From assembly GCA_951406725.2 (NCBI GenBank), contig OX597828.1, positions 68,014,001 through 68,078,000 on the forward strand: a DNA stretch of 64,000 nucleotides, given 5' to 3'. Every line of letters starts with the position of its first letter. Position 1 is the stretch's first letter. Below, piece by piece: positions 24,555 to 37,770 of the stretch. The notes under the pieces were generated by a model. That model made no database searches. It worked only from the letters and a program-made list of their open reading frames with translations, and was not told the origin of the DNA. This DNA is from Octopus vulgaris. Lineage: Eukaryota. Position numbers and translations under genes: made by a program.

Positions 24555-25450
24555 TCAAATTCTGCTTGAGTGCAACTGAACTGAAGAATCTAATGTTGAA
24601 AAAAAAACCATCTTGAAGATATTCCACTCTACCTCCTGTGTGCCCCATAGCTTACATTGGGCATAGCATATGGAGTTTACATCCGTTCCTTTTCCACATA
24701 CAGAACACGACCATTTTCCTAACAACACCAAGATTCTGTCTTCTTTTCTACTTATTAACAACTTAATCTTTACCGAGTGTATCTTGGGGCTTCTCGGTTC
24801 CAGGTTTAGCTTCCATGCCTGGAATTTCCTGTTTAATTTCTCTATGGATTCAGTTATGTGAACTAAATCCGTAGTTTGCATGGACAGCTTGTCTTAAGCT
24901 CTTCTGTGATGGCTTGCAGGATAGGAATGAACAGAAGAGGGCTGAATACTGAGCCTTTGGGAATTCATGGAAGAAGTCCATCTGTCCTTCTGCAATGGCA
25001 CTTGCGGTGGTTTGGCCATGCATGTAGGCGTCCGGTGGGTGAACTGAGCCGTGATGTCCTTCTCCCAACTCCACTTCCCAACTGGCGGAAGCGTGCAGGC
25101 TGGCAGCTGAAGACCTGGGCTATGATGATCAAGGAGGACCTCTCTGTGCTCACGGGTCTGCAGATGGAACCGTGACTGGCTCGCTATCTCCAGTGAACTG
25201 GCGCAGGACCGTCGTGCGTGGGCTGCCATGGTTCGAGATGCCTTGAGGGTGGTAGAAGAAGCTGACTCAACCTGCCCAGGGTGAATGTCACCACAAGTAA
25301 AAGTACAAGTAAGAATACTGAGCCTTAACAGACCCTTGCATTCACATTGAATTTTTAGCTGAAATCCTTATTGATTCATAATTTACTTACTGCATCTTTG
25401 TTCATTGCTTACACATTCCTTACAAACCATGTGTCTACACCTAGTATCCT
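24555..25450 (-). mobile_element. RTE LINE RT fragment interrupted by a second RTE
   Basis: GKWSCSVCGKGTDVNSICYAQCKLW; QGSVKAQYSALF split at the insertion site. Confidence 0.7.
24958..25312 (+). mobile_element. 5'-truncated RTE LINE (different family) with 14-bp TSD
   Basis: LRWFGHACRR...KTW...ELAQDRRAWAAMVRD, (CAAGTA)-like tail, and TSD GAATACTGAGCCTT at 24944-24957 and 25313-25326. Confidence 0.88.
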
Positions 25451-27394
25451 TATATATGAGTACATATTCTTTTGTTTGAGAACAATAAACCTTACAAGAA
25501 TCTGTTTCAATATATATTGTGTCTTATCAAAGGTCAGAAGTAAAGAGATTCTGGAAATTAACAGCATTTATACAAAAGTTTAAAAACTAGAATACAATAC
25601 TAATGCAATGTTATACACACACACACACAAACCATTTTAAATTGGTAAAAAAGAGAAAAATTATAAATGCATTGTATGAAAGAAAAAACTATTTGAGGAG
25701 GGGACTTTTCATACAGAAATTCTATCTGGATTATTATGAAATTAATAGTACATAGTTAAATTCAAGGAGCGATTTTTTTTTTTGGTTGATAGTTATAAGT
25801 GGAACATTCCAAACAATTAAACAACCTCCATTTATAAATTATTTATAATCACAGAAAGAAAAAAATATCAGGAGAGAATAACAGACAAATGAATATTGGT
25901 AATCAATCAAATTTCCCTAATGAAGGAGTATGAAAACAGACCAATGGATAGATTAACAGACGGAGATATTTAATTATTAAATATATTACATTACAAAAAT
26001 AAAGTTTACAAATAATGAATCCTCCTCAATGTGGAAGGATTAGATATTTTGGATAAGGTGTAGGTGTAGGTGTGTGGTAAAAAGCTTGCTTCCAACAACA
26101 TGGTTCCAGGTTCAGTCTTGCTGCTTGGGCAAGTATCTTCCACTATAGTCCCAGGCCAATCAAGGCCTTGTGAATGGATTTGGTAAAAGAAGTTTGTCGT
26201 GTGCATGTGTGTGTGTTTGTTTGTGTGTGTGTGTGTGTGTGTGTGTCTTTGTGTGTGTGTGTCTTTGTGTGTGTGTGTCTTTGTGTGTGTGTCTTTGTGT
26301 TTGTCCAGCCAGTACCACTTGACGACCAGTGTTGGTATGTCTATGGTCTATGTCCATGTAACTTAGCAGTTCAGCAAAAAAAGACTGATAAAACAAATAC
26401 CAGGCTTAATGAAATGTAAGTACTGGGATTAATTCATTCAACTAAAAAAATTCTTCAAGGCAGTGCCCCAGCATGGCCACAGTCTAATGACTGAAACAAA
26501 CAAAAGGAAAAGATAAAAGAAAGAAGGTAAAACATCTTTTGGCAGTTATAAGGCAACATTGGGTTTGACTTGAAATAGGCCAGGATAAAGATGACCAGAG
26601 TATCGTGAATTGCCTTCTGGTACATTTCTGTTGTAAAATAAAATAAATTTATGACTGAGTCAAATGGAAAAGGATGGCATTGTTGCTCTTTCTTAGGGTC
26701 TCGAACTAGTGGAGAAACAAAAAAAAATTTTTTTTAAAAATCAAATGGAAATTGTAGTTGTGATACCAGTGCTGGTGGCATGTAAAAGAACCATCTGAAC
26801 CTGGCTGTAGCCAGCGCCGCCTCGACTGGCCTCAATGCCGGTGGCATGTAAAAATCACCAACTGATCATGGCCGTTGCTAGCCTCCCCTGGCACGTAAAA
26901 AGCACCCACTACACTCATGGAGTGGTTGGTATTAGGAAGGGCATCCAGCTGTAGAAACACTGCCAGATCAGACTGGAGCCTGGTGCAGCCTCCTGGCTTC
27001 CCAGGCCCCGGTTGGACCGTCCAACCCATGCTAGCATGGAAAGCGGATGTTAAACGATGATGATGATGATGATGATAAGAAAGGCAATATACCAAGATAA
27101 TGAGTTATCTTCAGTTCTGAAATTTGTTTCTAACACTTGTAACAGCAGTGCTGGCTTTCAAGATCCTGCTCCGGGCCTCTTCATCAATGTTAACAGTTCC
27201 CAATAGAGTATTGTGATGTTGAGCAATCTGTCAACTGCTTGTGGTTATCATCATCGTTTAATGTCCGTTTTCCATACTAGCATGGGTTGGACGGTTCGAC
27301 CGGGGTCTGGGAAGCCAGGGGCTGCACCGGGCTCCAGTCTGATCTGGCAGTGTTTCTACAGCTGGATGCCCTTCCTAACGCCAACCACTCCTTC

Positions 27395-27651
27395 AATTTC
27401 TGCAATTTCAACCAATCAATGACGTCTATTGATGTTAAAACATTCTGTGCCGTATGAATATGTCCCTCGTTTAAGAAACAGATTGGGTTTATTTACATTT
27501 CTGAAAAAAAAAAGTTACCCTCCCCCACCCCTAACCAACCCTAACCCTAAAACAGATTGAAATGCAATAGATCGATACTAGGGTCATAATTATGGGTGAC
27601 AATTTCATATGACACCGCTAGAAAAACCTGCCGTTCAAACCGAAAAGATCC
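27395..27651. mobile_element. Terminal part of a GGATCTTTTC-TIR element (Merlin-like) containing CCCTAA repeats
   Basis: Ends ctgccgttcaaaccgaaaagatcc and shares caatttcaaccaatcaatgacgtctattga with 29393-29658 and 43498-43919. Confidence 0.65.
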
Positions 27652-28882
27652 GTCTGAAAATAACGAGATAATCACAGGTGGTTCAAGATGGACTGGACTA
27701 GAGAATAACAAAATCTGTAATTAAAACATCGTTTCTGTAGAATGAAGCATTTGATCTTCTACGGCAAAATATGATCTCTACAGAAGCTTGGTAAGGAGTA
27801 CACTAAAGGCTAGTATATTCCCGTCGTAAGGTGTGCTAGATGTCACTGGAAATTATTGTTGAAGACGCTCTGCTACAGGATTACTAAAATATATTTCGAG
27901 AGGCGGCGAGCTGGCAGAAACGTTAGCACGCAGGGCGAAATGCTTAGCGGTATTTCGTCTGTCGTTACGTTCTGAGTTCAAATTCCGCCAAGGTCAACTT
28001 TGCCTTTCATCCTTTCGGGGTCGATAAATTAAGTACCAGTTACGCACTGGGGTCCATGTAATCGACTTAATCCCTTTGTCTGTCCTTGTTTGTCCTCTCT
28101 GTGTTTAGCCCCTTGTTGGGTAATAAAGAAATATATATTTCAAGGGGTAATAGGAATTCAAATTGAACTGCATCTCTCTTGGAATAAAAATTATGTTTTA
28201 AAAACTGCTTGTCTTTTTCTTTTTTCGTCCTAGGGCGGTTTCGTCCTCAGGGGGTTTTCTTTGGGATTTTTTCTTTCTTGGGAATTTTGTCCTAGATTTG
28301 AATATAAGATTTAAGGAGAGGTACACTTTGGTTCTACCAGTAGTTAATACTAGACTGTCAACGTACCAACCTTTTTATAATCTCATTCGTCGCCTGTTTC
28401 AATCATATTTACTAAAGAAACATCATTCATTCATACGCCTCTGTATTGGCTTACGAATGTATTGTATGAACTAATAACCAAAAGTATTTAGTGTCCCACG
28501 AGTGCTTCTTTGAAGCCTGAGCTGAGGAGTGAACAGTTATTCATAAACCACACTATACTGATACTCTAGGATTTATTTCCAACGGCTGATTACACAGGGA
28601 TTAACTCCAACACTATGTTTAATCCCCTCCTATTAAAATGTAAATCTTTCATCCAAATAATATCATTAGTTGAGAGTGTAAACAAGTACTATAATACAAG
28701 AAAGGGTGTGCCTGTCTTTTTCTGTGTCTGAACAACAATAAGAAACATTGTGTCTTTGCTACTAATTAACGAACATTATGGATCACCAAACATAGGACCA
28801 AAAGTTTGACAAATAGTTAACGTTAAAGGATTTCTAAAAGAAACACTCTATATTATTATTTCGTGTTTATTGCAAATATTTT

Positions 28883-29658
28883 GAATCTTTTCGCTTTGAC
28901 CGGCAGATTTTAAAAATAATTTCTTTGTAACTAAACACTTTTAAACTTCGTATACTGGTAGAATGTGTTTATAAAACATCTTTTTCTCTTGGCTTTCTTG
29001 AGAAAATTCTGTAGTTTGTAAGCTATTTCTTGTTTATTTTCTTGCATTTTGGCAATATTTTCATTATTTTTCTGAGTTTGAGGAAAACATTCTGAGAGGA
29101 GAATCCATGTGTGCCACTAACAGAAAAGTCTAGACTCTCCATAGTTATTGGTTTTTGCCAATTCCATTGTCGTTTCCCTGTGTTCTTGAACTTTTACAAT
29201 TATTGACTCTGTTCAAAATTGAAATTCGATTCCAAATTAATTCTTTTTTCAAACATTTTATTGATGTTTTAGAAATTTTGTCTAATTCTTCAAACTGGTC
29301 AGGGACCCAGACGTTCCTTCAAAACGTCTGGAAATTTTTGTTATATCTGTTGAGAAACGACCGTGCGTAAAGGAGTTGGTGACAGAAATGTTGGATCTTT
29401 TCACTTTGACCGGCACAAAATGTTGTTGACAAAGAACAGCAGAAATCGTATTCACCTCAATAGACGTCATTGATTGGTTGAAATTGCTGAAATGCAAGAA
29501 ATTTAACAAGAAAAAAGCTTACAAACTACAGAATTTTCTCAAGAAAGCCAAGAGAAAAAGATGTTTTATGTAACACATTCTACCAGTATACGAAGTTTAA
29601 AAGTTTTTAGTTACAAAGAAATTATTTTAAAAATCTGCCAGTCAAAGCGAAAAGATCC
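28883..29658. mobile_element. Two inverted pieces of the Merlin-like MITE (28883-29056 and 29393-29658)
   Basis: About 170-bp inverted homology, with TIR G(G/A)ATCTTTTC(G/A)CTTTGACCGGCA. Confidence 0.75.
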
Positions 29659-30149
29659 TAATTCTGGGGGGAAAGGAGTAATTAGATGTTTTGTAATACT
29701 TTTAATATTTTTTTTTTCTTTTCTTCCCATTAAAAATATGTCGCTAAATATAAAGTATAGGCCAACCACAACTTTTCTTTATATTTTAGCAAAATAAATA
29801 ATTCTTCATTTTATTCCATACAATATTTAACAAAAATAACGTGAGGCTTTCTCTTTAAATCTGAAATGTAAAATTTTGCCGGGTTTGGCAAGGATGGGCG
29901 GCTTGAATTCTTTACCATCGCTTTTTTCATAAACAAATTTAATTTATATCTAAATCTATTATACTGATATAACAGCGAGGATCAGTTATGAAAATCGCAT
30001 TAATCTTAAACCTTAAATTGATTTCACACAAATCAATAGGAATTAAAGTGATTTTTGTTGGATCGGCCTACAATTATTTTAATGTGTTGCCTGACTACAA
30101 CTACCACGATAATTACTGAATGACACATGAATTCGGGTTGTTATACGGA

Positions 30150-31100
30150 AAATAAGAGTTGTGTACAGGGAGTTTTGTTTCCAGTCGAGAATTGTAATCA
30201 AAGTGTGAAGTTAAAAACATCGAGAAATAATCTATCGCGCTTCTAATACAGACTTTAACCTTTATTTCTTGAGCAAGAAATGTCGATTTTCAGATGATCG
30301 GGATATAGTGATGTCTAAGAGCTGAATGTAAACGCTAACCGGTTCCTATTAAAGACCGCCTTCTGGATACTTTTCTAGGAATAAATGAATGAATTTTTAT
30401 TCGAAATATGAACAGGAATATATTTTACAAAAGACAAAGAAAAAAAATACGGCAAAAAGAAAAGAAAGAAAGAAATCATTTACGCAGCAGGAAGTGCATC
30501 TGTTGGTCGCAACACTACGAGACCCAACGGAATCTACTGAGGCAAGGCAGCACGAGCGAGGCCATGGCAATTGGAAAAGCCAAGCACCCTCACGGACATC
30601 ATCCGACATCTCGGTAAGGCGAGGTGCCAACGATGACAGTTACTTTACTGTTAGCGGTCCTGTCCCTCCAAACGTTTCAAACGCCACGTGTTGGAAGAAA
30701 TGGTTCACTGCTAAGTCCCGATACTAGTTCTTCACTGGAATGGTACTGGAATAAAGGAAAGGCAAATTTGTCCACAGACAGGGTTTGAAGTTAGCGGAAT
30801 AAGGAAATTCATTTGAAATTGAGTAACTGTAAATGCTTCGGTTATGTTTCTTGTATTCTTTATCGAAGACATACCCTTTCTCATAGGAAGCGGACAGGAA
30901 ACCATGTAGCTCTGATATCCTCTTCGTATCGTTATCGTTTCTATTTTAAAATATAAGTAAAACATATTAAAATTGAAAAAGACCAAAATGCTTGGGATAA
31001 TAATCTTGGATGAAGAAATGAAAATAACCAATTAAGACGTTGGTTCCAACAACGACCAGAAGAAAACAGTGACCAATTCTATCTAACTTTAAAGACATTA
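30150..31100. promoter_or_regulatory. Non-repetitive CpG-rich island, candidate promoter/first exon
   Basis: 16 CpG counted in 30481-30720 against a CpG-poor background. Donor-like sites at 30614(+), 31101(+) and 30483(-). Confidence 0.4.
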
Positions 31101-33665
31101 GTAAGTAATATTGTTTTAATTTTTCCTCTTTCTACTAAATAATTGACCCAGCTTAAATGTCTCCTTCAAAATAAAATGCAAAGAAATTTTTAGAACTGAA
31201 AGAAATTTTTCTTAACCATGCCTTTTTAATTAAATTAACAATGTCTTGAAATTTATTTAAAACACAAAAAAATATACAAGACTTTATAGTGAGTAATCGA
31301 AAAATTAATAACTGTTGAGAAATTGACTCAGAAATATTAAAATATTTCCGTTAAATAATCGATAATATTGGTTCTTCACCGATCGATATCATCGATACAG
31401 AAACTAAATTTATTTTTCGAAACTTCAGTTCCCCAACCTCCTTTTGTAAATGTGTCATTTTAATATTTCTGAACATTTTCTCGAAATTGCATGTTTAAAC
31501 ATCAAATAATAATATACATATATATATTTCTTTATTACCCACAAGGGGCTAAACACAGAGGAGACAAACAAGGACAGACAAAGGTATTAAGTCGATTACA
31601 TCGACCTCAGTGCGTAACTGGTACTTAATTTATCGACCCCGAAAGGATGAAAGGCAAAGTCGACCTCGGCGGAATTTGAACCCAGAACGCAACGGCAGAC
31701 GAAATACGGCTACGCATTTCGCCCGGTGCGCTAACGATTTTAGGCGTTGCTAAATGTCGTCTTTTTCAAGTGTTCCAATTGTGACCCCCGCCCCCTTTCA
31801 AACACGATTACTTTGTCTTTCTGAAGCTAAAAGCGCCCCTTATGCTTCAACCTGCGTATTTTTTTAAAGGACGCGTTGTCTAATGTAATCCGGATTATAA
31901 CTCCGCCTGAAAAATAAAGACGGGATGACTATGGATGAAAAATTACCTTGATTAGAGCTAATCTAGGGCTGAACAACAACTAATACAAGCGACAAGTTCG
32001 TGTGTTTGTGTGTGTGTTTACTGCTGTGGACGAAAAATGCTTAAAATAGCAGCTTTCGTTTTCGTCCTCTATAACAAACATTTTAAATAAGAGGCGGGTG
32101 GACATGGGTGGCGTGTCGTTAATCATAGGTTTTCTGCATAAAAAGCTGGCGGACTAAACAACTAATGACAGTCATCATAACCTACGGAGAATTCTATATA
32201 TGGGCTCTCTCTCACCCTCTCCCTCTGCTAGAAATAGCTGTTAAATCATTACTAAAACACCATCATAGTCACCTGGATCAATGCTGAACAGGACCTAAAC
32301 AACAAAAACAGACTACTGTTCCATCTAGGCGATGATATAACTGCTATTTCTAGTCTATCGAGTGACCACTTAAAACGATCCCTTGTGGTATACTGCGCCA
32401 CGAGTAAGTTCTGGTTTTTTTTTTTGTTATTTTTTTTTCCTATTCGATAAGTTTGGAGAAAGGGGTTGTGTTCATGACCTTTGCAGGCCTACATAGACTG
32501 CTGATTAGTTTCAGGCTAAGGGAGGTGGGTACACCAAGAGTACCAAGAGGTGGAAAGACAAGTAGGTTGGAGTTGCCAGAATGTTGGAGCTATGAGAACA
32601 ACCAACCCCAAGTAATGATAGAAAAGGCAGTGAAACAAGACAGCCCGTCCTTTAATGAGCGAATCCCATTTAGCCAAGTGTTTCTCATTTGGCTGGGGTC
32701 TAGGGTACCATGTGCATAACGGCAGTACCATCTTAGATGTGGGAGCAGTATTTTATTGCAGATCTCGTTTGAGCCTGGCAAAACATTAGCAGCCATTAGG
32801 AGCTGAAATATTTTCTGTCTCTGAAGAAAAGGGTCAGTCTTTTGGATGCAGTCCTATCATAAAGGTACTTATTTTATTGACCTCAAAAGGATGAAAAGCA
32901 AAGTCAACCTTGGTGGAATTTGAACTCAAAACTTTCAAATGAATGAAATACTGCTCAGCATTTTGTCTGCTGTGCTAATGATTCACCCAACCTGCCTTCT
33001 TAATAGCAACAATAATAATCCTTTCTACTAAAAGTGCAAAGCCTGAAATTTGGTGGGGAGGGGGACTAGTCGATTACATCAACCCCCAGTACTCCACTGG
33101 TACTTAATTTATCAACTCCGAAAGGATGAAAGGCAAAGTCGACCTTGGTGGAATTTGAACTCAGAATGCAAAAATAGACAAATTTCTGCAATGCATTTCG
33201 CATGACATGCTAATGATTCTGCCAGCTCACTGCCAACAACAACAACAACAACAACAATAATAATAATGATGATGATGATGATGATGGAAAGTAGACATGG
33301 CTTAATGTTGCTTATTCTTTGATGAATGTCTTTAGAATTGAAGAAATATAGAGTAACTGTTAAAAGTACAAAGTACAGATGAAAAGGTAAAAGAAGAAGA
33401 AGAGAAGTACAGAGAAGGTTTTACTTGTTAGACTGTGTTCCATCAACCATGAAATGAAATTCTAAATAACCTGATTACTTCTCTTTTATACTGTTTCATC
33501 ATCTTCTCACTGTTGTTTTTCTCTTTCATGTTCTTCATCATCATCAAATTACTTATGCTCAAAAGCATGCTTTTTTTGTGCCAACATTTTCTTGCATCAA
33601 CTTGCACTTTAAATGTAATGTGTGTTGTATATGGATGTAATATTTACAGGAAGTTATGATGTCTA

Positions 33666-34033
33666 CTAGCACTATGACCAGGCAACGCCGGGTCATAGTG
33701 CTAGTGCATGCATATACAGCTGCGTGTGTGCACATACACGCGAGTACTGTCCAAATCTCTGACCAATCACATACAGCTAGCTGGCATTCAATTGGCGTAT
33801 CAAGTTTCGGGCATTTTGATTGGGTTTTGGATAGAAAATTCACAAAAAAGTAACTTCTATTGATTTTTTAATGGCTTTGCAGGGTGACTGGGGAAATATA
33901 AAGATGTGCACGACCACCTTTGGGCGGTTCTGAATGACCATAGAAAGTGCGAGCCCTCTAACTGAAAAATTGTGGATTTGTATAAAGGATACACACACAC
34001 AGACAGGCATTTTACCGTTTATATATAGAGAGA
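33666..34033 (-). mobile_element. Non-autonomous Helitron with palindromic 3' end
   Basis: 5' A|TCTCTCTATATATAAACGG; 3' end within ACTAGCACTATGACCAGGC-AAC-GCCGGGTCATAGTGCTAGT. Confidence 0.7.
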
Positions 34034-34414
34034 TGACTTTGGATTTAATCGTTTAGCATTCAAAGCAACCTAACTGCATTCCATCAGTTGTGACAATGAG
34101 GGTTCCAGTTGATCCAATCAACGGAACAACCTGCTTGTGAAATTAATGTGAGACTGGTTGAGCACTCCACACAGACATGTGTACTCTTAACATAGTTCTC
34201 AGGTAGATTCAACGTGACAGAGAGTGTGACAAGGCTGACCCTTTGAAATAGAGTTACTACTCACTTTTGCCAGCTGAGTTGACTGCAGCCACATGAAATA
34301 AAGTGTCTTGCTCAAGAACAGAATGTGTGACAGGGAATCAAACTCATGACCCTACAATCAGGAGCCAAAAACCCTAACTAATAAGCCATATGTCTTCAAA
34401 ACCACCATATCCTA

Positions 34415-34802
34415 GGTGTAGGAGTGGCTGTGTGGTAAGTAGCTTGCTTACCAACCACATAGTTCTGGGTTCAGTCCCACTGCATGGCACCTTGGGCAAG
34501 TGTCTTCTTCTATAGCCTCGGGCCGACCAAAGCCTTGTAAGTGGATTTGATAGTCGGAAACTGAAAGAAGCCCATCGTATATATGTATATATATGTATGT
34601 GTTTGTGTGTCTGTGATTGTCCGCCCAACATTGCTTGACAACCAATGCTGGTGTGTTTACGTCGCTGTAACTTAGCGGTTCGGTAAAAGTGACCGATGGA
34701 ATAAGTACTAGGCTTACAAAGAATAAGTCCTGGGGTCGATTTGCTCGACTAAAGGTGGTGCTCCAGCATGGCCACAGTCAAATGACTGAAACTAGTAAAA
34801 GA
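34415..34802 (+). mobile_element. Full-length tRNA-headed SINE with CR1-like 3' tail
   Basis: Head ggagtggctgtgtggtaag...gggttcagtccc and tail GGTGCTCCAGCATGGCCACAGTCAAATGACTGAAAC. Copies at about 4045-4390(-), 17150-17675 (interrupted), 26060-26520, 42735-43090, 45919-46293, 48725-49090 and 54343-54725(-). Confidence 0.85.
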
Positions 34803-35661
34803 TATCCTACCTAAATTTTCTGCTTGTTTTATGTTCAAACAGGCCAGATCCAGCCTCTCACACCTATCTTACAATGTCATTCTAAAAGTAAACAATCACA
34901 TCATCAAAATCTTGAAGCTAAGAGATAATACATGATTAATTTAAAACCACGTGTTTGAATAAGTGTTGCATTTAACAGAGTAATCTGTTTGCTAAGGGGT
35001 TAAATGATGACTGTGAAATCGCTCTCTCTCTAATGGTTCACAAATCTGTTTAAAACATTCTCTCTTTTATCTTTCTCTCACACACACATACATATACATA
35101 CATACTCTTGTATGCATACACACATTCACAGTCTGTCACACAAACACACTCATGCACACACACTCTATTTCACACACACACAAGACAGACATACAAGTCA
35201 TACACAAGCACAACATTCACACATATGCACACAACACAAATATAACACATACAACACACACACCATACACACACACACACACACAATACACCTACACGCA
35301 ATACACACACACACACCATACACACACCTACACACACTCACAACACACACATGCACACAAACTCTCTCACACACGCACTTCATTGAGTTCACAGGGATAA
35401 AAACAATTATATCACCAGATTAAATGGTACAAACCACTTTTGGGAACCACTCAACTACATGCAGCCCTCCTATTGGTTCCCAAACTAAAGAGCTTTGGAT
35501 CCTGTCAAAATTCCAACAGGTTTTTCAGAGATAAAGTAATTTGTCTGCCATCAACTAAAAACTTGAATCATTTCATCAGAAATGTTACAGTAATTTCATT
35601 TCCTGGTGTGTTTGTTTCAGAGCTCTGTGGTGGAATTTGATCTTGTGCGATTATTCTATAA

Positions 35662-35767
35662 CTATTGTGTCTGGGGAGAGTCATTTTCTTTTTGTGCCTA
35701 ATTATGTAACACACTCACCAGTAAAATTAAGGCACAAAAAGAGAATGACTCTCCCCAGACACAATAG
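35662..35767. repeat. Inverted repeat with arms of about 42 bp
   Basis: ctattgtgtctggggagagtcattttctttttgtgcct...aggcacaaaaagagaatgactctccccagacacaatag. Confidence 0.85.
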
Positions 35768-35944
35768 AATATGCTTCAACACACCACACGAACTCGTATA
35801 AAAGAATCTTGCAAACCAAATCCAAAAACGAAATATTCTATAACTTTTTGTTTGAAGACTTATCCACTGTCCACTTCTTGTGTTTATTCTATGTACTACT
35901 GAGCTGTAGCACACCTGAGCATTGCATACAATAAGTTCATCATT

Positions 35945-36301
35945 ATTACCTCCACCTTAACGAAGTTGGCAGTATTGTTTTCAGTCATGTTTGTTTGTTT
36001 GATATCTCAAGAACTGCTGGATGGATTCGGATGAAATTTTCAGGGACGTTTGGCTTTGTGACTGGCACAAACTGATTAGATTTTAGGACTGATCCAGTAC
36101 CAGACAAGGATTCTGGATTATTTTTCCTGTTTTTTTACTTAACTTTTGAGAGCGGCCAGGTTCATTTTTAGTATTCTCGTTTGTGAGAGCAGTCGAGTTT
36201 ATTTCAGATATTCGCATTTTAAAAATCCTTTCCTGTTAAACATTGAGAGGGATATCAGTGTTGCCTTGGCGGAGGTTTGCACTCTCCGAATTGCTCTTGT
36301 T
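35945..36301 (+). mobile_element. Helentron/HINE-like non-autonomous element
   Basis: 5' attacctccacc, (GTTT)n tract, and 3' cttggcggaggtttgcactctccgaattgc..gtt subterminal inverted repeat plus hairpin. Copies at about 60100-60450 and 49480-49600. Confidence 0.7.
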
Positions 36302-37549
36302 ATTATTATTTTATCTTTTTACTATGGTGAAAGAGGTGTTGTGGTAGTCAAGGTTGAAACGACTGCAAACTAGCACCTTCTTCTCAGTCAAACTCTCATC
36401 AACTTTTCCAAATTTCACCTGAAAGTGAGGGTGCAGAGGAAAGCATCCCTACCCTGTAAATTCTTTGAAAAGTGAATCAGATTAGTAAAAATGGTATGAG
36501 TAAACAGACGGCTCTGCACAAATGCCTGCAAGTAGGAAGACAATGTCTGGGAGAGGGCACCTGCCTTCATGTTTAAGGGGATCCAAGTTTTGTGGGGTTT
36601 TCCTCAACTAGCCCTTGATAGTGTCCACCCCTCCCCCATTGAGGAATTTTGTTTTTCTTATTTCTTTTTTTTGCATGTAAACCTCACCCACCATCTTTCT
36701 ACTTTGTCCCTTCATACTGCCCTTGTTTGCTTTGCTCCCTTGGTTGCCAATAAAGAAATTATTTATTATCTGCTGTTTTAATATTGGTTTCATATTTTGG
36801 TGCAAGTGGGAGCATTTTTGGAGAGAAGTTAAGTTGATTACCAGTTGAGTTCAGAGCTCAACTGGTATTTATTAAGATGGTGAGCTGGCAGAATCGTTAC
36901 CACACCGGGCGAAATACGTAGCCCTATTTCATCTGCCGTTACGTTCTGAGTTCAAATTCCATCGAGGTCGACTTTGCCTTTCATCCTTTCAGGGTCAATA
37001 AATTAAGTACCAGTTATTCACTGGGATCGATGTAATCGACTTAATCCGTTTGTCTGTCCTTGTTTGTCCTCTCTGTGTTTAGCCCCTTGTGGGTAATAAA
37101 GAAATAGGTATTTCGTCTGCCGTTACATTCTGAGTTCAAATTCCGCTGAGGTCGACTTTGCCTTTCATCCTTTCAGGGTCGATAAATTAAGTACCAGTTA
37201 CGTACTGGGATCGATGTTATCGACTAAATCCGTTTGTTTGTCCCCTCTGTGTTTAGCCCCTTGTGGGTAGTAAATAAATAGGTATTTATTTTATCAACCC
37301 CACAAGAGTCAACTTCAGTGGAATTTCAACTCAGAATATGCAGACAGATGAAATATTGCCAAAAGTTCTGCCTGCTCTCGCCACCCTTCCACTATTTTTA
37401 TATATTAATTCATTCCTTCCTGCTATTACTTATTTTACTTACATATGGCAAACAAAGGAAATAAAATGTATATCAATAACAAAATGACGACCAATTCTGA
37501 GTGAAATGTCAGCTTAGATTCTGTCTTCTTTCTGTTTGAATATCTTTAA

Positions 37550-37770
37550 CCCTTTCGTTACTGTATTTATTTTGAGATGCTCTGTGATTCTTTAAATTAT
37601 TTTAACTACAACAAAGAATTTAATAAATTAACTTTGTTATCATTAAGCTAGTGTTAGGAACATAAATTTTAACTAAGATTTGATGGAAGATTTGAATTCA
37701 AAACTTATGAAAGCAAGACATTTATACTAAAGAGCCAGAACCGGTTTCAGCCGGATTGGTAACGTAAGGG
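37550..37770. mobile_element. piggyBac-type MITE
   Basis: TTAA TSD with CCCTT/AAGGG ends; homologous to 2225-2434. Confidence 0.85.

Noticed and set aside
27525-27550. Telomeric CCCTAA/TTAGGG repeats (also about 7636-7652)
   Set aside because: Only two or three units; the first set is internal to a DNA transposon family.
28228-28262. Minus-strand CTGAGGA-C-GAAAC
   Set aside because: There is no stem II and no convincing stem III; probably chance.
34415-34490. tRNA gene
   Set aside because: This is an A/B-box head of a multi-copy SINE without a full cloverleaf.
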